Assembly (NCBI GenBank): GCA_963827955.1
Contig: CAWHDJ010000018.1
Span: forward strand, 1,053,297 to 1,117,296
Direction: 5' to 3'
From: an uncultured delta proteobacterium
GTDB lineage: Bacteria > Myxococcota_A > Polyangia > Polyangiales > Polyangiaceae
Length of the DNA: 64,000 nucleotides
The notes below the pieces were generated by a model. That model saw nothing but the letters and a program-made list of their open reading frames with translations. It had not been told where the DNA came from and made no database searches. Shown here in pieces: positions 42,573 to 50,549 of this stretch (positions within the stretch are counted from its first letter, which is position 1; every line of letters begins with the position of its first letter). A program made the translations under genes and the position numbers.

Positions 42573-43712
42573 ATGCCCATGGACTACCGGAACGAGCGAG
42601 ATGCCCTGCGGGGGCGCGTCGAGCGCCTGGAGCAGGACCTGGAGCAGGCGCAGCGGGAGCTCGCCGAGGCGCGGCGGATCGCGGGCGAGGCGGCGGCGGA
42701 GGGGTCGCGGGCCGAGGCGGAGCGGCTCGCCGGGCTCGAGGCGGCGATGCCGGAGGCCGAGGCGCTCATCTACAGGCTGCGGAGGGAGCTGGCGGCGGTC
42801 GAGTTGATGCACCGGGAGCGGCAGGCGACGGTGCAGGACCCCAAGGCGGTGGGCGGCGAGGCGCCGGAGCCGAGCCCTCCGCGGGCCGCGCGCAGGCGAT
42901 GGAGCGCGCTGCTCGCGCTCGCCGTCGTCCCTGCGATGGCGGGTGGCGCTCTGCTCGCTCAGCGATACCGGGTCCACGAGCGGGAGCAGCGGGAGCAGGA
43001 GCAGCGCAACCTGCAGACATGCCAGAACGCCTTCGCCTGTTGCCTGCGGAACAAGGAACCGGGCGACCCTGACTGCACGTGGGCGGTGACGCACTGCGAC
43101 GACTATCTGAGTGAGCACGACTGCTCGGAGCCCCGTCCGCGCAGCCGCGCCGCGCCCGTCCCGCCCACCGCGCAGCCCACGCCGCCCCCGCGCACGGTGG
43201 CCCCCGAGCAGGCTTCGGTGAGGAGACCGTCGCTCGGCCAGGTTCGCCACGCGGTCTGGTCCGGCCGCGTCACGAGGACGACCGGCAGCGCCCCCCCGCC
43301 CGGCTCCAGGTGCATCGTCGAGGCCGAGCTGCAAAGCGCATCCATCGGTATTCGCCTGACCGACTTGACCGTGACGTGCGGCGGCAAGAAGCTGTACTGG
43401 ACCGAGGGCGAGCTCGCGCGCGCCTCCGGAACCAACGGGATCGTCCTCGAACAAGCAGGCCGTACCCCGGGCACGTTCGTGTACGGCCTCCACTACGAGG
43501 AGGCCGGCTTCAGCACCGGACAGAGCGGGTTGGTCGCGATCAACACCGCGCTGGGGCTCGGCGCCGTCTGGCGCGACACGCTGCCGGCGTTCCGGGTCGA
43601 GCTCTCGCTGGCGAAGTCGAGCGAGCCCGTGGCGGGGGAGCCGTTCGCCGATCCCCCGCGTGCAGAGGGGAAGGGTTCGACGCCCGGTGCGACGCGCGCT
43701 GGGGGGGATTAG
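42573..43712 (+). CDS. Hypothetical protein with coiled-coil, a transmembrane helix and a C-terminal domain. First of two tandem paralogs.
   Basis: MPMDYRNERDALRGRVERLEQDLEQAQRELAEARR..., a TM helix (WSALLALAVVPAMAGGALLA) and a C-terminal domain ...TVTCGGKKLYWTEGELARASG...AVWRDTLPAFRVELSLAKSSEPV. Confidence 0.55.
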   Translation: MPMDYRNERDALRGRVERLEQDLEQAQRELAEARRIAGEAAAEGSRAEAERLAGLEAAMPEAEALIYRLRRELAAVELMHRERQATVQDPKAVGGEAPEPSPPRAARRRWSALLALAVVPAMAGGALLAQRYRVHEREQREQEQRNLQTCQNAFACCLRNKEPGDPDCTWAVTHCDDYLSEHDCSEPRPRSRAAPVPPTAQPTPPPRTVAPEQASVRRPSLGQVRHAVWSGRVTRTTGSAPPPGSRCIVEAELQSASIGIRLTDLTVTCGGKKLYWTEGELARASGTNGIVLEQAGRTPGTFVYGLHYEEAGFSTGQSGLVAINTALGLGAVWRDTLPAFRVELSLAKSSEPVAGEPFADPPRAEGKGSTPGATRAGGD

Positions 43713-43715
43713 GCC

Positions 43716-44664
43716 ATGGACTACCGGAACGAGCGAGATGCCCTGCGGGGGCGCGTGGAGAGTCTGGAGCAGGAGCTGGACGACGCGCGGCGGGAGCTTG
43801 CCGAGGCGCGACGGGTCGCGGGCGAGGCGGCGGCGGAGGGGGCGCAGGCCGAGGCGGAGCGGCTCCAGAGGCTCGGGGCGGCGATGCCGGAGGCGGAGGC
43901 GCTCATCCACCGGCTGCGAGGGGAGCTTTCGGCGGTCGACGAGATGCACGCGGCACGTGCGCGTGATGTGAAGGAATCGGAAAGGCAGGCGCCGGTCGGC
44001 GAGGTCCTTCCAGCAAGGGCGCGGCAGCGGATCTCGCCGACGTTGAAAGCGATCCTGCCCGCGATCGTTCCGCTTGCGGCGTTCATCATCTTCGGCGCGA
44101 TTCGGTACTGCACCACGCGAGAGCACGAGACCAAGCCGCCCGCGCCGCCGATCGCAACCGCCTCGCTCAGCGCGCAGCCCTCAGCGGAGGCGCCCGTGGG
44201 CGAAGCTCCGGCCCGTGACGCGAGGTCACCACGAGCTGCACGCGTCGTGGTTCGGCGGCGTGACGAACGCTACCGGGAGCGCTCCGCCGATTGGCTCGTC
44301 GTGTATGATCGATGCCGCCTTCGCAGGCGCGGTCCACGACATCCGCCTGAAGGAGCTCGACGTCACGTGCGGTGACGAACGGATCTTCTCCTCCGCGAGC
44401 GAGCTCGTCGTGCCCGCGGCGAACGAGGCCATCTCCGCGTTCGAATCGCACCCCGACAAGTATGGCATCCACTACGACGAGGAGGGTGTCGGCGGTGGGG
44501 AGCGCGGGCACATCATCGTCGACAGCGCGCACGGGCGGTGCACCGTGTGGCGGGATGCGTTTCCCGCGTTCCGGGTCGAGATCGCCATGGAGGAGAAGAG
44601 CGAGCCCGTCGACCTGAAGGGGCGTCGGGCCGAGGGTGCCGAGCCGGAGAAGGGGCGACCGTGA
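43716..44664 (+). CDS. Paralog of the preceding gene, with a frameshift near 44215.
   Basis: MDYRNERDALRGRVESLEQELDDARRELAEARR... with a TM helix (ILPAIVPLAAFIIFGAI). The C-terminal domain is in ORF 44074..44664 (DVTCGDERIFSSASELVVP...TVWRDAFPAFRVEIAMEEKSEPV). Confidence 0.5.
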
Positions 44665-44688
44665 GCTTCAGGCGATCGCGCAACTGCC

Positions 44689-44752
44689 GTGCCAGTGGTC
44701 CGGAAGAGATCGACATCGAGCCCTTCACTTTCTTGGACACTCACCCCCCTCC
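44689..44752. repeat. Second copy of the 64-bp element, about 150 bp upstream of the vgrG remnant.
   Basis: gtgccagtggtccggaagagatcgacatcgagcccttcactttcttggacactcacccccctcc. Confidence 0.85.
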
Positions 44753-44897
44753 TGCCGCGCGTTTGTAGGAGCACCCGATTGGCAGGCCCCGCGGGGGCGA
44801 CCTGGTAGACGAGCGAACCGCGCCTTCGTAGGAGCCCCAAGCAACGCCGACCGTTGACGCTCGCCACAGACCAGACCAACCACGCCCCCAGGAGACG

Positions 44898-45060
44898 GTG
44901 ACCATGTCCGACATCTTCACGACCAGCTCCCCCTCGCTCCCCAGGGTGGATGGAGCGCGAGGGGATCTACTACTTCTTCGAGCAGGGCGACGACGGGGAG
45001 AAGCTCATCGTCGCCGACGTCCCGGACACGCTCGTGGTCTTCCCCGATCACGCGCGCTTC
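44898..45060 (+). pseudogene. vgrG: Degenerate vgrG 5' remnant. The VgrG N-terminus (MSDIFTTSSPSLP) joins directly to the WMEREGIYYFFEQGDDGEKLIVADV segment, with about 150 codons missing in between.
   Basis: ORF 44898..45161 (MTMSDIFTTSSPSLPRV) and ORF 44950..45171 (MEREGIYYFFEQGDDGEKLIVADVPDTLVVFPDHARFF) are collinear with the intact VgrG at 13393 (MHDVFKISSPALPKD ... WMEREGLYYFFEHGDDGEKLIIADD). Confidence 0.55.
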
Positions 45061-45316
45061 TTCGTCGTCGCGCGGCGCGCGTTCGTCTACCAGTTCCGTC
45101 GAGCGCAGGGTATTCGCAGGGTACCGCGCGGCCCCGCAAGCGCCGCGGTTGGCCCCAATGAACGAGCCTGAGGACCCAGCCCGCCACGGCGCGTGGCCCA
45201 CGCCGCGCGAGCTACCGGACCGCTTCCCCGAGGTGGGAGACGACGAGACGATGCTGCTCGAAGGGGTGAAGGCGTTCATCGACGGCACGCTCGTGACCCC
45301 GGGCGGGGAGGCGTGA

Positions 45317-46162
45317 ATGGGGGTGCTGAGGCGTTTCATCGACGCGTTCGTGCGGACATGGAGGGAGCTGCAAGCGATCTCCGAGTTGGACACGGAGGGG
45401 GAGTATCCGCTCGACCTGCGGCTCCTGGATGCGGATGTAGGCCCCTACATGCCTCTGGACGAGGTCGCTTTGGAGTACGCGCTCCAAGAGGTACGCGCCG
45501 GCCGCATTCCGAAGCGTTCTCGAAAGGCGCTCCGAGACGCCTTCGTTGAGCGCGTCGCCTGGCTCGGCCCCCCGTGGTCAGTTATTGGGGTGCTCTTGCT
45601 TGGCGTCGTCCCAGGCAGCATTGCGGCGAGGAGTCCCCCGTGTGTAATCTTGCTATACTTCGTCCTCTTGATCGGCGGCCTCCTCGTGCCCACGGTCCTG
45701 TGGTGGCGCCTCCGACGTGACGTGCGCGAACAGCGGCTCCGGATCGAGGAGGGCGAGCTCACGCGCAAGTGGATTCGCCCCGCGTTGCGCCCCAAAGCCT
45801 CGGTCGACGTGATGTGCGTTCGCATCGGCGGCCACTGGCATGACGTACGCTCCCCCGCCCTGTTCGCGCAGCTCGGCTTCGGGGTCCGGTATCGCATGTA
45901 CGTGAGCGCGCACGCCGGTCGCCTCATCGCGATCGAGTCCGTCGAGCGCGAGGCGCCCGCAGGGTACCGCGACGCGCCGGCAGGAGCGCCGCGGTTGGCC
46001 CCCATGAACGAGCCCGGGGACCGTGCGCAGCGCGGAGCGTGGCCCACGCCGCGCGAGCTGCCGGACCGCTTGCCCGAGGTGAGCGACGACGAGACGATGC
46101 CGCTCGAAGGGGTGGAGGCGTTCATCGACGGTGCGCTCGTGATGCCAGGCGGGGAGGCGTGA
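45317..46162 (+). CDS. Membrane protein of unknown function, the full copy of a tandemly repeated cassette. Candidate orphan immunity protein.
   Basis: 281-aa ORF with TM helices (VIGVLLLGVVPGSIAARSPPCVILLYFVLLIGGLLVPTVLWW). Its C-terminal tail ...GYRDAPAGAPRLAPMNEPGDRAQRGAWPTPRELPDRLPEVSDDETMPLEGVEAFIDGALVMPGGEA also occurs, about 85% identical at the DNA level, at 45120-45316 fused to the vgrG remnant. Confidence 0.5.
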   Translation: MGVLRRFIDAFVRTWRELQAISELDTEGEYPLDLRLLDADVGPYMPLDEVALEYALQEVRAGRIPKRSRKALRDAFVERVAWLGPPWSVIGVLLLGVVPGSIAARSPPCVILLYFVLLIGGLLVPTVLWWRLRRDVREQRLRIEEGELTRKWIRPALRPKASVDVMCVRIGGHWHDVRSPALFAQLGFGVRYRMYVSAHAGRLIAIESVEREAPAGYRDAPAGAPRLAPMNEPGDRAQRGAWPTPRELPDRLPEVSDDETMPLEGVEAFIDGALVMPGGEA

Positions 46163-46673
46163 ATGGGAGCGCTGAGGCGCATCGTCGACGCGGCCGCGCG
46201 GCGGTGGAGGGCGTTTCGGGGGATCTCCGAGATGGAGGTCGACGGGCAGTTCCCTCTCGTTCTCACGCTGACGGACGGTTTTCGGCCGTCGGGGCAGGAG
46301 GTTCAGGAGCTCAATGCGGGCCGAATCCCGGAGCGCTGCCTGGACGCCCTCGGAGAGGTGGCTACCAGGCGGGCGCCGGGAACCCGCCTTGCGTGGGTCG
46401 TCGGGCTCCCCCTCACATTCGCCGCCGTGATGAGCATCTGCGTCGGTCCTCCCGATGGCGAGCCGTCCCGTGTCGGATCCGTGCGATGGCTCGTGGTTTT
46501 CTGCGTACCGCATGTACTTGAGTGCGCGAGCGGGACGGCTCATCGCGATCGAGTCCGTCGACCGCACCGTCGGGCGCGATGTATTCGCAGGATATCGAGC
46601 GCCCCCGGGCAGGAGCACCGAGGGCAGCACCATGAAGGAACCTGAAGGCCAAACGCAGCGGAGCCGCCCATGA
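46163..46673 (+). pseudogene. Third, truncated and frameshifted copy of the cassette.
   Basis: MGALRRIVDAAARRWRAFRGISEMEVDGQFPLVLTLTDG... parallels MGVLRRFIDAFVRTWRELQAISELDTEGEYPLDLRLLD. The tail YRMYLSARAGRLIAIESVDR in ORF 46455..46673 parallels YRMYVSAHAGRLIAIESVER. Confidence 0.45.
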
Positions 46674-47623
46674 TGCAGACACCCCTCACCAGGGAACCGG
46701 AGAAGGCCGTCGCGGCGGCCGACGGGCCGCTCGGCGTCGAGCGCTACGCGGAGGTGCTGGCGCACATCGTCTACTTCAAGGTCCCGTCGAGGCCGGAGGT
46801 CCTGCAGCGGCTCGGGATCGACCCGTCGGCATGGGCGGCGGCGGACGCGAAGTGGATGCAAGCGCTCGTGGACGAGGCGCTCGAGGACGAGCACCCCGTG
46901 GCGGCGGCCTTCGCCGCGGCCTTCGCGCCCGTGCTCAAGCGGCTGAAGGCGGAGAAGCCGTCGATCGACTCCATCGGCACGCCGCCCTCGCCGCCGTCTC
47001 CTCCGAAAGCGCGGTCTGCCGCCCCCGTGCTCCCACCCCCTGCGCCGCCGCCGGTCGACGAACCTCCCGCGCCCGCCGTCGGCACGGAGCTGCCCACCTA
47101 CCTCCTGCCCTCTCGTCCCCCGGTGCCCGCTCGCTCCCCGCTCGCCGCGACCTCGCTCGCCCTCGACCTCCCCATCGGCCCCGCGCTCCCCTTCGCCAAG
47201 AGCACGGGCGCCGAGCCTCCCGCGCCGTCCCCACCGACGCCCCCTTCACCCAGCGTCGCCGGCGACAGCGCGGCCGCACCGACGCTTCCGCGCGTCCAGA
47301 AGGCACCGGCGCACCTCACCGGGACCATGAGCGTCAGCGACCTACCCGTCGCGGCGGTGCTCCCCTTCGCGCAGGGCGCCGCGGGCGAGGCTCCGGCGCT
47401 CACCCTGGAGGAGTACGCGTCGCTGCGGGCCAGCCTCACCGTGAACGGAGAGGAGGACGCGGCGACGTGGAAGCAGTTCGGGATCGTTTCGCAGGCGATG
47501 AAGGAGGCGCTCCAGGCGCGCTTCGCGGCCAGGTTCCGCGACGACGCGGAGGCGCGGGACCGCTTCGTGGCGCTGCTGCAGCGGATGGTGGGCGAGCTGC
47601 GCGCCAAGGCTCACGGTGGCTGA
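46670..47623 (+). CDS. Pro/Ala-rich hypothetical protein.
   Basis: 317-aa ORF with structured N- and C-terminal regions and a PxxP-rich middle. The start overlaps the preceding stop. Confidence 0.45.
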   Translation: MMQTPLTREPEKAVAAADGPLGVERYAEVLAHIVYFKVPSRPEVLQRLGIDPSAWAAADAKWMQALVDEALEDEHPVAAAFAAAFAPVLKRLKAEKPSIDSIGTPPSPPSPPKARSAAPVLPPPAPPPVDEPPAPAVGTELPTYLLPSRPPVPARSPLAATSLALDLPIGPALPFAKSTGAEPPAPSPPTPPSPSVAGDSAAAPTLPRVQKAPAHLTGTMSVSDLPVAAVLPFAQGAAGEAPALTLEEYASLRASLTVNGEEDAATWKQFGIVSQAMKEALQARFAARFRDDAEARDRFVALLQRMVGELRAKAHGG

Positions 47624-47647
47624 ACTGATCTTCGTGGAGCGTTCATC

Positions 47648-47920
47648 ATGAACGAGACCGACACATCGCAAGAAGCGCAGATCAAGGCCCTCATCGACGC
47701 CGAGGTCTCGCGCGTGCTCGCCCCGTACAAGGCGATGGGCGTACCGGGCGAGGTGCTGAGGGAACAGGAGATCCTGCTCCGCATCGCGCTCCGCACGCAC
47801 CCGGACGCGCAGTTCTACCTGCGTCAGCTCGTGCGCGATCCCGCCGTGGACGCGAGCGACTCGGTGAGGACGCGCGAGATGGATGAAGCCGCGGCGGAGG
47901 CCGAGCCGGAGGGGAAGTGA
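47648..47920 (+). CDS. Small hypothetical protein of 90 aa.
   Basis: MNETDTSQEAQIKALIDAEVSRVLAPYKAMGVPGEVLREQEILLRIALRTHPDAQFYLRQL... Its stop overlaps the next start (ATGA). Confidence 0.4.
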   Translation: MNETDTSQEAQIKALIDAEVSRVLAPYKAMGVPGEVLREQEILLRIALRTHPDAQFYLRQLVRDPAVDASDSVRTREMDEAAAEAEPEGK

Positions 47921-48699
47921 GCCACGGAGGAAGCTCGGGGAGCCTGCCGCCCACGCTCACGCCGGAGCAGCACGAGCTCTTCCTCTCCGAGCCCCAGGTG
48001 CCCTGGCGCGCGATCAACGCGGTCGTGCAGGCGCTGGGCGACGATGTGCCGGGCCTGTCCCGGGATGCGATGCTCGTGGTCGCCGTGCGCGGGGCGGTGG
48101 AGGCGGCGGCGACGTACGATCCAGGGCGCGGCGTTACGTACGCGCAGTGGGGGCTGTACTACGCCATCCATGCGCTCCTGGAGCGGTTGCGCAAAGACCA
48201 CGGCGGGGACAAGCCGACCCTGGCGCGGGTCCGGAGGGCGATGTGCGGCTTCCTGGCGCACGAGAAGCGGGAAATCGATCCCTGGATGGTGACCCGCGCG
48301 AGCGCCACGCGGAGCCTGACGAGCTTCGCCGATACCATGGCGGTGAGCGGCCTGCTCGCGTGGGGAGGCGTGGCGACGGTGCTCGCACGCGGGGAGTCCG
48401 GCGTCGAGGAGCTGCAGGCAGCGGCGAGCGCCGGGGATGCGCTGAGGAAGGTGATGGGTGAGCTGCGCCCGGAGCAGCGGTGGTTGATCGAGCGCTGCCA
48501 CGCGTACGAAGAATCCGTGAAGAAGGTCGCGGCCGAGCTGGGAGGCAAGGGGTACCGCGCGGTGCTGCGCGAGTACCACGATCTGCTGGAGCTGATCGGG
48601 GCGCGGATGGCGAGCCTCGGGATCAAGGAGATGCCGCCGTGGCGCGCGGACGTGTCGGGGCAGGTGCTCGAGGGGCCGCCGGCGAACGACGATGGATAG
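47917..48699 (+). CDS. Sigma-70-family-like regulator. The match is weak.
   Basis: Region-2-like LVVAVRGAVEAAATYDPGRGVTYAQWGLYYAIHALLERLRK and region-4-like LRPEQRWLIERCHAYEESVKKVAAELGGKGYRAVLREYHDLLELI. Confidence 0.4.
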   Translation: MSHGGSSGSLPPTLTPEQHELFLSEPQVPWRAINAVVQALGDDVPGLSRDAMLVVAVRGAVEAAATYDPGRGVTYAQWGLYYAIHALLERLRKDHGGDKPTLARVRRAMCGFLAHEKREIDPWMVTRASATRSLTSFADTMAVSGLLAWGGVATVLARGESGVEELQAAASAGDALRKVMGELRPEQRWLIERCHAYEESVKKVAAELGGKGYRAVLREYHDLLELIGARMASLGIKEMPPWRADVSGQVLEGPPANDDG

Positions 48700-48809
48700 G
48701 GGCGGACGCGTGCGTGAGCCTGGCGCGTGCGCCCCCGTTGCGGTGCCGGTCATGATGGAGGAGCGCACCGGCCTTGCGCTCCGTGCCGCCCCCGGTCCAA
48801 GGTCGCGCC

Positions 48810-50402
48810 ATGAAGCGCCGATTCAACACGGCCGGGCCCTGCCTCGCGTGGATGCACTACATGATCCCGCCCGAGCGCCGTCTGCCCGAAGCGCCCGGCC
48901 TCGTGGAGGAGCTCGGCTACTTCGTGGTGCACGCGCCCCGGCAGACGGGCAAGACGACGGCCCTCCGCGCGCTGGCGCAGGACCTGACGGCGTTGGGGCG
49001 GTACGCGGCGCTGCACTTCTCGTGCGAGGAGGGCGAGGTGGCCGGCGACGACTACGGTGCGGCGCAGCGGGCCGTGCTCGGCGCAGTGCGCCGGCGAGCG
49101 GAGGTCGACCTGCCGCCGGATCTCCGGCCGCCGCCCTTCTCGCAGGAGGCCTACGAGGGCATGCTCGGCGACTTCTCGACGGTCTGGGCGCGCGCCTGCC
49201 CTCGCCCGCTCGTGCTCTTCTTCGACGAGGTCGACGCCCTCCAGGGCAAGAGCCTCGTCAGCGTTCTCCGTCAGCTCCGCGCCAGCTACCCCGATCGACC
49301 GAAGAGCTTTCCCGCTTCCGTCGTCCTCTGCGGCCTCCGCGACGTGCGCGACTACAAGGCCGCGAGCGGTGGCGATCCGCAGCGGTTCGGGACCTCGAGC
49401 CCCTTCAACATCAAGCTGACCTCACTGCGGCTCGGCGACTTCACGCCCGACGAGGTCCGCGAGCTGTACGGGCAGCACACGGCCGACACGGGGCAGGTCT
49501 TCTCGGACGCGGCGATCGTGCGCGCCGTCGAGGTGACGGCCGGGCAGCCCTGGCTGGTGAACGCCATCGCTCGCGAGATTGTCGAGAAGATCGTGCCCTC
49601 GCCGGAAGAGACCATCCTGGTCGAGCACGTCGACGAGGCGAAGGAACGGCTCATCCAGGCGCGCGCGACCCACCTCGACTCACTCGTCGCCAAGCTCAAC
49701 GAACCGCGCGTGAAGCGGGTCATCGAGCCCATCCTGGCCGGCACGGTGGCGGCGGAGGACATGACGTACCAGGACGACGTCTCCTACGTTCGGGATCTGG
49801 GTCTCGCTGCCCGCGACCTTCCGCTCCGCATCGCGAACCCCATCTACAAGGAAGTGATCGCCCGGGTGCTGGCGAGCGGCGTCGAGGAGCGGGTGCTCGC
49901 CGTGCCGCGGAGCTTCGTCCTCCCCGATGGTCGCCTCGCGTTCCGGCGCCTCCTCCGCGAGTTTGCCGCATTCTGGCAGGAGCACGGCGAGGTCCTGGCG
50001 GCGGGGCTGCCGTACCACGAGGTGGCCCCGCAGCTCGTGCTGATGGCGTACCTCCAGCGGGTGGTCAACGGGGGCGGGGTGATCGATCGGGAGTACGGGG
50101 TGGGGCGGGGGAGGATCGACCTGCTCGTGCGGTGGCCGTACCGGGACGCGAACGGGGCGCGGCGGGTGCAGCGGCGGGCGATCGAGATGAAGCTGTGGCG
50201 GGACGGGGAGCCGGATCCACGGAGCAAGGGGCTGGAGCAGCTCGACGGGTACCTCGCGCGGCTCGGGCTGCCGTCGCGGAGGTCGAGGGCGGCGGTGCTG
50301 GTGATCTTCGACCGCCGCGCGAGGAGGGGGAGGGCGGTGGGGCCGCGCTTCGAGGACGCGGTGGCGCCCTCCGGGCGCCGCTTGATCGTGCTCCGGGCAT
50401 GA
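48810..50402 (+). CDS. AAA-ATPase-like protein with a C-terminal PD-(D/E)xK-type domain. It belongs to the family with the MKRRFNTAGPC...HY N-terminal motif.
   Basis: MKRRFNTAGPCLAWMHYMIPPERRL. Walker A: VVHAPRQTGKTT. Walker B: LVLFFDEVDAL. The C-terminus has GRGRIDLLV...EMK (nuclease-like). Confidence 0.65.
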   Translation: MKRRFNTAGPCLAWMHYMIPPERRLPEAPGLVEELGYFVVHAPRQTGKTTALRALAQDLTALGRYAALHFSCEEGEVAGDDYGAAQRAVLGAVRRRAEVDLPPDLRPPPFSQEAYEGMLGDFSTVWARACPRPLVLFFDEVDALQGKSLVSVLRQLRASYPDRPKSFPASVVLCGLRDVRDYKAASGGDPQRFGTSSPFNIKLTSLRLGDFTPDEVRELYGQHTADTGQVFSDAAIVRAVEVTAGQPWLVNAIAREIVEKIVPSPEETILVEHVDEAKERLIQARATHLDSLVAKLNEPRVKRVIEPILAGTVAAEDMTYQDDVSYVRDLGLAARDLPLRIANPIYKEVIARVLASGVEERVLAVPRSFVLPDGRLAFRRLLREFAAFWQEHGEVLAAGLPYHEVAPQLVLMAYLQRVVNGGGVIDREYGVGRGRIDLLVRWPYRDANGARRVQRRAIEMKLWRDGEPDPRSKGLEQLDGYLARLGLPSRRSRAAVLVIFDRRARRGRAVGPRFEDAVAPSGRRLIVLRA

Positions 50403-50549
50403 TCCTCCGGTGGGCGCGCCCACTCGGAGGCCTCGCCGGGGGGCAGAGGGGGGTGATTGAGGGTGCGACGAGTTTGACACCCCTTTCGACCCCCCGATAT
50501 CTTGGGCCCCCGCCCGGGACGGCTTCGGAGTGGGATCCGCCCTGGAAAC

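Noticed and set aside
40176-44126. 1316-aa minus-strand ORF treated as one giant gene.
   Set aside because: Only the segment from the Met at 42305 down to about 40780 is coding-like (the lipoprotein). The 5' 600 codons are Arg/Leu/Pro noise antisense to the two plus-strand paralogs. The 3' end reads the repeat array, and the real C-terminus is in another frame ending at 40601.
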